Source of the DNA: Chiloscyllium plagiosum
Taxonomy: Eukaryota
Assembly: GCF_004010195.1 (NCBI RefSeq)
Contig: NC_057728.1
Span: 43,147,356-43,211,355 of the forward strand
Direction: 5' to 3'
DNA length: 64,000 nt
Position numbers and translations under genes: made by a program. The notes below the pieces were generated by a model. That model saw nothing but the letters and a program-made list of their open reading frames with translations. It ran no database searches and was not told the DNA's origin. This document shows positions 24,658 to 35,019 of the stretch, one piece after another. Numbering within the stretch: the stretch's first letter is position 1; each line of letters opens with the position of its first letter.

Positions 24658-25460
24658 CATTCTCCTGGATACAGGTTTATGAGTTTTCTTACTCAAGTCA
24701 GGCCGAGTGCAATACTTTAGCTGTCTCAAGTCTACATTCTAACAGCAACTACAGTGACCTGTCGACTTGCATCCATGAGAAAATTTTAACCATCTGGCCA
24801 ATGCTTGGCTTTGTTTTTTGGGTTTTGCTGTGGTCTGACCTAGAGACCCCTGTTCAGGATATAGCCTGAGTGAGGCTAAGCAATTGCCTTCACTCAAGTA
24901 GTGTTCATCAAGCTCAGTTGGACTGGTGAGGGTGACCAATTCATAGGTGCTTTTGCATGGTCACATCATTAATGCCACATACCAAATGGTCTCTCAGCAT
25001 GTCACTTCGAATTAAGCCAAAATCACATGCTTCTGCCAGTCATCTTAATCTCATTAAAATCCTGATACGGATTCTGCTGGTTCTCAAACTGCCGAGCAAA
25101 TCCAACAGCATCTCAGAATTAGAGGAAGCTTTGGGTCATCACATTCTTCAGCTAAATCTGTCAACTCTTGAAAGGTTTTAGCGTCAGGTACCTCACGGAG
25201 AGTAAGGCTCCTGGTAACTGAAAAAGCTGAGGGTCCACCAGCTCTCCAGAGAGTTACTCATTCCTTTCATGTTCTGCAATGTCATTTGCCTAGAGAAAGA
25301 AACACATTTTTTTCACAGACTGGGCCCAGTCTTCAACAGCAGTATTGTACAGGTCACACTTTCCAAATAGTGACATGATGCCAGAAATGCTTACCCCAAC
25401 TCAAGGATGACTGTTGTGAGCAAATCTCTTCAGGGGTGTGTTTTTCTTGCATTGCTGCTA

Positions 25461-25693
25461 GAATAAATAGGCGAGGGCCAGTATCCCATGACCAAGTCAC
25501 CATCTATTTGCACCATCTATCTATTACTACATGACACTGACCCAGCTAGCACAGAGCCAGCTCCTAGATTGACCAGACCCCTAAAACTCCTGTTTCTTTT
25601 TTTTTCATTCACAGTGAAAGACACAAGGTGCATGAATCTTTATTCAGTTTTCACCACCAGGAAGAAAAGAAAACACCCAAAACTCCTGTTTAT
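25461..25693 (-). mobile_element. Gypsy LTR fragment with Tx1-like insert (25596-25678)
   Basis: LTR block gggccagtatccc; insert flanked by perfect AAAACTCCTGTTT TSD at 25583-25595 and 25679-25691. Confidence 0.75.
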
Positions 25694-25700
25694 TTTTTTT

Positions 25701-26388
25701 TCAGCAGTTACAATGCTGTGCTGGCCCGAATCCTGAAGAAAGTTTTCACTATTTGGTTGAAGCTTGGCTTTGTTTTGGGGTTTTGCTCTGGGCTGACCTG
25801 GAGTCCCTCTGTTCAGGATATGTCCTGAGTGAGGCTGTGCAATTGCCTTCACTCAAGTGGTGGTTCCCTAAGCTCAGTTGGGCTGGTGCGGGTGCCCACT
25901 TCCAGCGGAATACCCTACTATTCATAGGCTCCACTTGCTGCATTTTCCAATGGTAAATCCAGTTGTACTGCTTGTTTGAAGCTAGTAAGCACTTTCGCAT
26001 GGTTACATTATTAATCCCACCCTTGTTACCATTGAAATAACTCCAAAAAGGCTTGTATCTCATCACCAAGTCAACCCTTATTTACATGTGGAGAGTCCTT
26101 GGCATTGATCCAGCTCCCTCAGAGTGAACAGCATATCTAACACTCCTGTTCTTTATTTTGTTTTTTTTCTTTTTTTTTAAAACCCCCACACTACTGCCTA
26201 ACTGTGATAGTGCTTATTTCCCCTAGCACCCATGTTGTGTGTGCAGGTGTGAGACACAGTGAAAGACACAAGATGACAACTCCTGTTTATATCTGTCAGC
26301 CAGGGCTCTCTGATTAAACCAGGTTAATTGTTCCAATCAGGGAACTCATATTCTATGAGGACCACCTTGCTGACCTTGTTACACTTAC
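25701..26388 (-). mobile_element. second Gypsy gag fragment, decayed PBS (26021-26031) and LTR (26033-26388) with Tx1-like insert (26151-26274)
   Basis: 25701-25930 is a diverged paralog of 24741-24950; minus ..TTATTTCA-A-TGGTAACAAGG LTR/PBS-like junction; insert flanked by ACTCCTGTT. Confidence 0.75.
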
Positions 26389-27180
26389 TGTAGCTGTCAC
26401 TTTATATGTGTGAGGGTGATCTGATCTTTTCACACTAGGTCTGGGTCACATTAAGCAAACATTATTTGGATAGAACTGTGGAAGAAATTGATATGTAATG
26501 GCTCATTTTTTAGGAGTGAAACAAGCACAACATATATCAACTTCTGTGTATGAGATCCTATATCTCATCTGCATCAGATAAAGGCTATGACTATTTTGGT
26601 TCTGTTTTTAGACATCCCATTAACCACCCAAAACCACTGATGGATTAATTAGAATCTTTTCACGTCATGCATATTAAAAACTAAGTGGCTCATGCCATGC
26701 ATGCTCTTACAGGTTTTCCATTTGTACAGCTGCTTAAATGATGGCTACAGCCATTCTGTTGAGTCACAGCAGCCCTTAAAAATCACTTCTGATGTAAGCA
26801 AGATTTTCTTTATTACAGAAACACTGAATTAGGTAGTATGTGCATTTCTCAAGGAAAGGAGTGAATGAGTAATGACTTAAGTTTTAAAAAATGATTAATT
26901 TATCATTGTACTATTTGAATAAATTGTGGAAATAAAAGCTTCTTACAGAAAATAAAGTGGTTGACCATTTTGAGACCTGTTGCACAATGGGTGTTGCATG
27001 GTTTGAAGGACTGGTTGACTTTGGACTTACGTTTGCCCAACGTCCACCTCTGGGATTTGATTCATTGCTTGGTTACTAAAAACTGAGAGATAATAACTGA
27101 GTGTTAAGATTAGCCATTGTTCTATTATCTTTTTACATTACAAAGATCCAGATGATAGAAGGTGAACTTCATGGACCTTG

Positions 27181-27380
27181 ATGTGGAGGAGCTGATGTTG
27201 GACTGGGGCGGACAAAGTTAAAAATCACACAATACCAGGTTATAGTTCAACAGGTTTATTTGTAAACACTAACTTTCAGGACCTGCTCCTTCATCAGGTG
27301 GTTGAGCAGTGCTTCAAAAGCTTGTACTTCCAATTAAACCTGTTGGACTAAAGCCTGGTGGTGTTGTGTGATTTTTAACT
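27181..27380. mobile_element. palindromic Penelope-derived element (family B)
   Basis: Same inverted arms as 14132; degenerate flanking duplication cttcatg(g/a)a(c/g)ctt. Confidence 0.7.
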
Positions 27381-27430
27381 TCATGAAGCTTATCATTTGT
27401 TGTTCGTGTGGAGGTATTCATGTGTTATTA

Positions 27431-27560
27431 GGAGGTGGAGAAGTTGACGTTTCAGGTGTAATCCTTCTTCAGGACTGGAGAAGGGTTACACCTGAAATGT
27501 TGACTTCTCCACCCCCTCATGCTGCCTGGCTTGCTGTGTTCTTCCAGCACCGTACTTGTC
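27431..27560. mobile_element. inverted pair of Penelope-type terminal motifs (hairpin)
   Basis: ggtggagaagttgacgtttcaggtgtaatccttcttcag and ctggagaagggttacacctgaaatgttgacttctccacc are reverse complements; hammerhead-like core on the minus strand. Confidence 0.65.
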
Positions 27561-27873
27561 TATTCCTTCAGACTCAGGCAACATTGGTTACCCAGAGAGC
27601 AGTTCTTGAATATCAGAAAGTCTAAATACAAAAAGACAGCATTGGGGGTGGTCATTTACAGCTTGTAAAACAGAGAAGATTTTAGGAACAGGTCAAGGTG
27701 GGATGTGAGAACGTGGGTTAGGAAGGAAGACTCCATCATCTTTTGATAGTTCACCACCTCTGTCACTGGCCAGTGCCTCAGTCACAACCAATCCAGTTAT
27801 TTCAACACTATTTTTATTTTGGAAAGTGAATTCATGCCCCATGCTGGTTAGCTGCGTATTGTGGCCACTTTGT

Positions 27874-28084
27874 TTTAGATTAGATTAGATTAGATTCCCT
27901 ACAGTGTGGAAAAAGCCCTTCAGCCCAACAAGTCCACACCGACCCTCCGAAGAGTAACCCACCCAGACCCATTTCCCTCTGACTAAAGCACCTAACACTA
28001 TGGGCAATTTAGCACGGCCAATTCACCTGACCTGCACATCTTTGGACTGTGGGAGGGAACTGGAGCACCCGGAGGAAACCCACA
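27874..28084 (-). mobile_element. 5'-truncated HE1 V-SINE
   Basis: (TTAGA)n tail on the + strand followed by the 3' half of HE1. Confidence 0.85.
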
Positions 28085-29379
28085 TTTGTAAAAGAAAAGT
28101 AAGTTTATCAGTGAGTGTGTTGTAATATTTTTTGCTGATGTGTCTGCCATGATGAAATAGCAAACAATATGTGTAAAATGTGAATTTACACCTGAAAACA
28201 ATGCTTGGGGCTGCGATCTCTATCACCTAGAGGATAAGGACAGCATATGCATGGGAATCCCAGCACCCACATGTTCCTCTTTCAGCCACACTCTGCCTTG
28301 ACTTGGAACTACATCCCCATTCCTTCATAGTCACTGGGTAAAATTTCTGAAACTCCCTCTTTAACAGCAATTTGGATTACTTACACCACATGGACTGCAG
28401 CAGTTCAACAAAGTGGCTCAGTACCACTTTATGAAGAGCAATTAGAGTTGGGTAATAAATTCGGGCATACCCAGCGATGCCCACACCAGTGAATGACCTT
28501 TTGTTTAACAAAGCTGAGTCTGTGAAGATGATGTGTTTGATAAAGATCCTTGATCGATGAGTGAAGAATTTGTGGTGAGTGGAGCAATACATTTTAAGGC
28601 TATGGCTTTTGAAGATCTATTTGTATGGTCACTAGACTTCTTTATGCATTGTCCCCAGGTCCTGAGGGCTAAGCTGTTGGTAGTGCAATGTCCCCCACCC
28701 CAGATCAAAATGCACACCAATCATTGTTTCTCCTGCAGCAGATGTGACAAACTGGGAAATTTCCCTCCTCTCCTTTACCCACATTTGGAGTGAAAATCAG
28801 GGCTATTTCTTTACCTCTTTTGGTGGAGTGGTAATCAAACCAGTAAATGTCTAAGACGCTCAGTGGACAGGCAACTTTTTTAGAGGGAACAAACATGCGA
28901 TGTTGCAGCTTGACATCTTTTCATTCAGACTGAAGGAAGTTAGAGATTCATCAGTTCAACAACAATGAAAGATCCAGGGAAATGAAAGGGACTGGGATTA
29001 TAGGGTCAGGAAAGAACAGGAGAATGCACCAGTAAATGTGAGGGCAAGAGTGATTAAATGATAAAAGGGATTATTAGGTATGGCAAAAATTGGATGGTAC
29101 TTAGACTGTAAAGGAACAAAATATAGATACAGAGGTGCAAATGGTAATGGCAGAATCATAATTGATATCTACTGTCCAAGAAAATGGGTGTGATGGTTAC
29201 AATCTAAAGTTGTTGAACTTCATATTGAAACTAGAAAGTTGAAAAGAATTGTTGATCCTGAACTTTATGGGATATGGTTTTTAAGAGTCTGGGAACAGAG
29301 AGGCAGATGTAGACCAGGATGAAGCTTATAAAAATAGTCAATGGCTCTGCACCATACTATTAACACTGTTCTGCTCCAG

Positions 29380-29483
29380 GTTCAGGACTTTGTTTGTTGC
29401 TGGGGAGCATTGTGATGCAAGCACTTTAGAATGGGCCAAACAAGTTTTCAGAGTTCCTGTTCTAGACCACTGGTGGCAAACAG
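29380..29483 (+). CDS. ACSS3: ACSS3 exon 9
   Basis: ctccag|G..G|gtaaga; FRTLFVAGEHCDASTLEWAKQVFRVPVLDHWWQT; 104 nt; phase matches exon 8. Confidence 0.96.
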
Positions 29484-30691
29484 GTAAGAATGGTAGATAC
29501 CAATAAGTCAGTGTTAACTTTAGGGTGCAGAATGAATTGTTTAATGCCAAAAGCATCTGAACATATGAACATACAAAGTCAGAGCAGAAGTAGACCATTT
29601 AGACAAACTTAGTCTGCCATTCAGTAAGATCATGGCCGATCTATTTGCGTTTTGACTTCTATATCTACCCACACTAACCTTGTTTGGGAAAGGAATCAAT
29701 CCACCTCTATCTTAGAAATATTCAGTAAGACTGCTTCCACTGGAGTTCCAAAGATACACAGTTCCCTGAGAGAAAAACAAATACTCCTCATTTCTGTCCT
29801 AAAAGGCAATCCCTAATTTTATAACTGCTTTCCCCACCTCTGACCTCATTCAAAAGAGGAACATTTTGTGCCATGTCCAAGATTTGAGGTCACCCAAAGC
29901 TCTGTTGCCTATTTTAACCTATCACAAGATCTGTTCACCTACCATCTGTATATTCATGTGACCTACGTGGACACAGAGTTAACAAAGCCTTAGTTTAAAA
30001 ATTCTCATTCTTATTTCCAAACCTCTCCCTACCTTACCTCACTCTATCTCAGTAGTCTGCACGAGATACACAAACCAAAGTGGAGTCCATTATTGAAAAG
30101 TTGGTGTAGCAGAAATGTGCTTGATGAACCTTAATCCTTACCTATCATGCTAGCTCTGTATTAGCCTTACAACTATGTCAGGATATATAGTGCCTTCATC
30201 ATAATAAAATGCCTTAAGGTGTTCCATCAAAGAATTATCAAACAAATACTTTCTTTTGTGGCTCAGCATCAAATTTCACCACTGATGACTGAAAGCATGG
30301 CAAAAAAGACAAGTTTTTTGAAGATTTTTAAAAATATGCAAAGCCAAATAGAGAAACTTAGAAAGTTTAAGGATGAAATTCCAGACCTTGAGTCTTGCTG
30401 AAGCTACAGCTGCATGTGTTGGAGTGACTAAACTTGGAGATGCATAAGAATTGTAGGAGCACAAAAATTTTGGGAGTCTTCACCATACCTTCACCAATTT
30501 AATGAATCCTATCTCTTTACACGATACCAGGTCGAGGACAGCCTGCTCTCTGGTCGGCTTCAAAATATACTGTTCTTAAAAAAAAAATACTATCTCAAAC
30601 ACATTTAAGACAGCTAACTTAAAAAATCTTGTGAATTAAAACCGTTGTCTTAATTATATAATTGTGAAGTTTTTTTTTTCTGTTCTAAAAG

Positions 30692-30787
30692 AAACAGGAT
30701 CTCCTATAAGTGCATCATGTGTGGGACTGGGAAACAGTCTAAATCCCCCAATAGGACAAGCTGGAAAACCTGTGCCTGGATATAATG
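30692..30787 (+). CDS. ACSS3: ACSS3 exon 10
   Basis: taaaag|AA..G|gtggag; (E)TGSPISASCVGLGNSLNPPIGQAGKPVPGYN, completing the WWQTETG motif; 96 nt. Confidence 0.92.
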
Positions 30788-31199
30788 GTGGAGTAATTGA
30801 TATCTCGTCTTCCTTCTACTTATTTCTTAAATGCTTGAGTTATGTAGTTTTTTACATATACTCAATTGTTTATTTTTGAAAATTGTTGACAGCTGATATA
30901 AAACTAGCTTTCAAAAGGTTATTATATTCAAATATCACAGCAATCTTGCAAGCAATTTGCTTTCCTTCAAAACGCAGGTAAGATTCATTTACTAACTACC
31001 TTGTATTAAATGCATAAAGGACATGATAGTTGTGTGTTATATATTCATAGATGAAACCCATGTAAATAATTTGATTGAAAAGTTATTTATGGTCTGAATC
31101 TCAACACCCTGGAATCTGACAAAATCCCAAAAAATAGAAGTGGAATATATCGCAAAAGTGCTTGAAGCCCTTGCACATTGTCGTAACCACAGACAATCA

Positions 31200-31760
31200 C
31201 CATGTACTGTCACGTGAACTAGCTTCTCACATGAACTCATTCTTAACTGAATTCTCACTCTCACAGTCAAGCGCGCACGCACTTATAGACACACGCACGA
31301 CTTGTGAGCACACTCATGCACATGCTGTCGTCACTCACAAACACTCATTATAACGTGCATTTTCATGTCCAATAAATGTGCAAATAATCTACATTCTTTT
31401 GAGTGTATGTGCTATCTCAAACAAGCATGCACACAGGTTTATACATCCTCTCATGTACACAATGGTGTGCAAGCATTCTCTTATGCCTTTCCGTTCATGT
31501 TTGTGTGCATACTCATGTACGCATGCATAAAAACTTGCATGTGCACAATCTCAATGCATGTGCAAATGTAAGCTCATGCTCTTATACAGGCCATGCACAA
31601 CACAGACATTTCCGCACCCAAATGCACTCTCACACATGCATTCTCACGCTTACACTTGTGCGCCCCATCTCATGTGCATGCAGTCATGTATGCACTAATG
31701 CACATGTACAGAAGAACTCATGCACACGTGCTGTTTCGCACTCTGTCCCTCAAACTCACA
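31200..31760. repeat. degenerate (CA/TG)-rich low-complexity tract
   Basis: Dense cacac/tgcat/gcaca motifs; overlapping ORFs are compositionally biased. Confidence 0.65.
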
Positions 31761-32142
31761 TTGTCATAACTGGGCCGCACAATTGGGCACTAAGGAGGGG
31801 GCTGGCTTTGTGGGATAATTTCTGCTCCTGTAGCCTTTGGGCAAATCTGAGAAAGCAGCACACTACAAGGTCCACGTTCTACAGCGGACATGTCTGATTC
31901 CAAAATGTGATTTAACTTTAATTAGGCATGAATGCATGCTTAAAAGTGTGTTTCGACAAGATTGATCAATTTATTAAGTTATCAATACAAGTAAGATGTT
32001 TCCAAGAAAGTTCTTCAGGGCAAAGGGATCAAACTGGGAACAGGATAGATACTGATTTGAACGATCAGCCATGATCATATTGAATGGCAGGGAAGGCTCA
32101 AGAGGTGGAATGGCCTACTCCTGCTTTTGTTGTCTATATTAG

Positions 32143-33050
32143 CATCAACCACTTTCTGTGGCAGAGAATTCCATTGGCTTTTCACTTCTGGGTGAAGACA
32201 TTTCTCCTCAGCTGAATCCTAAATCGCCTACCCCATATCCTTAAACTGTGACCCCCTAGTCCTCAAATCCTGAGTCATTGGGAACATTCTTCCTGTGTTT
32301 ACCTGTCTAGTTCTGTTAGGATGTTGTAGGTTTCTGTGAGATCCCTCTCGTTCCTCTAAACTCTGGGTGGCTTGGTGGCTCAGTGGTTAGCACTTTTGCC
32401 TCACAGCACCAGGGATCTGCATTTGATTCCAGTCTTGGGTGACTGTCAAGATGAGATTTACTCATCCTCCCTACCTGGGTTTCCTGCAGGTGCTCTGGAT
32501 TCCTCCCACAGCCCAAGATGTATAGCCCTGTAGTTTCCAAGGTTATTCAAACTCATGGGTTAGCTATGGAAAATGAAGGGTTCCAAGGTAAGGGTGATAT
32601 ACTGGGTCTGGGTGAGATGCTCTTTGGAAAGTTGGTGCAAACACAATGGGCTGAAAAGTCTCAAGCTGCACTGTAGGGATTCTATGATTCCAGTAAATAT
32701 AGACCTAATCAACCCAGTCTTTCTTCATATGTCAGTTCTGCCATGCCAGGAATCATTTGTAGCATTCCCTCCGTGGTCAGAACATTCTCAGATAAAGAAT
32801 CCAAACTGCACACAATACTCCATATCTGGTCACTAAGGCCCTGTCCAATTGCAGCAAGACATCACTATTTCTGTACTCAAATTCTTTCACTATGAAGACC
32901 AATATGCCATTTGTCTCTACGTGCTGCACCTGTATGCTTACTTTTAGCAATTGGTATACGGGGACTCCTAGGTCTCATTGTACCTCCCACTTTCCCAATT
33001 AGTCGCCATTCAGATAATAACCTGCCTTCCCATTCTTGTTATCAAATGAA
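32143..33050 (-). mobile_element. CR1 3' fragment interrupted by an HE1 SINE (32365-32690, +)
   Basis: CR1 antisense motifs (ggcagagaattcca, ccaaactgcacacaatactc) continue on both sides of a SINE with GATTCTATGATTC tail. Confidence 0.75.
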
Positions 33051-34431
33051 TGGACTAAAACAGAAATTCTGGAAAAGCTGTGCAGGTCTGGCAGCATTTG
33101 TGGAGAGAAAGCAGAATTAATGTTTCGGGTCCAGTGACCGTCTTCAGAATCGAAGGGAGAGGGTCATGTGACCTGTCCTGAAGTCTGCGTGGCAAGCCTG
33201 GCTGGTTTAATTGTCCGAAATTAGAGAAGGCCCAGATCATTTTACTGGGTAGAAGGTACAAAGTTTCTATACTTGGAGTCAATGACAGCAACATATGTGG
33301 AAATAATAAACTGAATCTCCAGAGTTCTAGAAATATGTTGATAATGTTGTAAACAGCTATGCTGCATACTGTTCATTCACGTCCAAGACAGTTGGCTCAC
33401 AAAGGTAGCTAATACACACCACTACCTGGATTCAAGACCCATGTGATACACATGCTAAAGTTGAAGTTGGGAAATTAGCCTCTTTTGCATGGATTTTTTT
33501 TTTGTTTTGCTACATTATTTAATTATATCAGTCATCTATACTTCATTGCCCTGAATTAGTCAGCAATTTATATATTTAGCTGTATTTAGATGAATAGAGC
33601 CCTATAACAATTCATTGTCTCTTTTTATAATATATAAAAAGTTGAGAGTTAAACATCATGCCTTGCGATTCAGTTATTTCTGAGAGGCAGAATGATATGC
33701 ACCGATTCTTAAAATTAAAATATTTAATATTGCTTAAGTGTTCAGTACACTAGAATGCGTGTGCTTAAGCTATTTGATGGAGAATTTCAAGCAATTCAAC
33801 ATTTCTAATAGGTCATTTACATGATTAAAAACAAATATTGAGGATTAACTACAGCTGAAATTGTATCATTCCTTTGGTTACAAAAATCATGTAATATATT
33901 TTGCAGTTTGTTGTTTCACTTTCAAAGAGCACAGCAATGTGGCGACAAGTGGTATTGCATCTGTTAGGACCAACAATTAGAATATATCCAATAAGCGTTC
34001 AATATCCACCGATTTTATGTAAAGCAATCTGCAGTGTGTTATATATGGTAAATATTTTAAACTCCCTGAGATTGATGCTAAAGGAGTTCAATATTAATCC
34101 AGTCAGCTTCCTGGGACATAATTTGCACCCTACAGGTCCTTAGCATAAAATTAGAAATACAGCTTGATATTTCTTGTAACTATTTTGGTTGATTGCTGTT
34201 AAAATTACTCTGATAGACAACTATTTCATAAATAGTATGTAAACAACGATGTATTCTCTGAAAAGTGTTACTTAGATTTTACAAGATTAAAAACACTGCA
34301 TTTATTTACTTAAGGAGCAGCTGTAATTCAATTAAGTTACTCATGATTTCAATTTATTTAAAAACATATACAAAATGAAAAATATATTTTAAAAAAACTC
34401 AATACTTGCGTACTTTATTCTGATTTTCATT

Positions 34432-34644
34432 ATGTGGAGGTGCCGGTGTTGGACTGGGATTGACAAAGGTAAAAATCACACAACACCAGGTTATGGTCCA
34501 ACAATTTGTTTGGAAGTACAAGCTTTCGGAGCACTGCTCCTTTGTCAGGCGGCCAGCTGCCTGATGAAGAAGCAGCACTCCGAAAGCTTGTATTTTCAAG
34601 GTAAACCTGTTGGACTATAACCTGGTATTGTGTAATTTTTAACT
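34432..34644. mobile_element. palindromic Penelope-derived element (family B)
   Basis: Inverted arms with two opposed hammerhead-like cores; TSD ATTTTCATT at 34423-34431 and 34645-34653. Confidence 0.75.
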
Positions 34645-35019
34645 ATTTTCATTGTGGTGGCACTGGATTCAGTAAATGTATAGTTTTTTGTGGCCTGTTT
34701 CTTTCCATAAGCAGATCATAACGCAGTGACATGCAACACAAGTAAAGGATTGTGTGGAGATATAAGGTTACAATACACAATGATAATTACCTTTTCAGTC
34801 TGTACCATATATTTGCTTTATTTTTTTTGGAATTTGGATGCATTTTAAATATTTAACAAGTGATAGTCTGTGTGGAAATATTTGGTTGGGTGGGAGGTAT
34901 AGTTATCAGAAGTATTTTGCAAATTGAAGATTGTCATTTACTCAGGCAGCTTAATGTAGGATTAAGAGATGTCACTTCTGTACAATTGATCTTTCTTTCA
35001 TGGTAACAATCATTTTCAC

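Larger units (their letters stand above)
19995..25460 (-). mobile_element. degraded Gypsy (Ty3) internal gag-pol region, fragmented by nested insertions
   Basis: Minus frames: gag start MSLFGK..EDW (ATG at 25376-25374), RT segments PIPRREDLYT and VAIYLDDTLITG, RNase H LICDVSLYGIGVVL, integrase C-terminus GKVDARSGPLTYKV. Confidence 0.85.

Noticed and set aside
31365..31897. His/Cys/Thr-rich ORFs up to 164 aa
   Set aside because: Products of CA/TG low-complexity sequence, with no domain or splice support.
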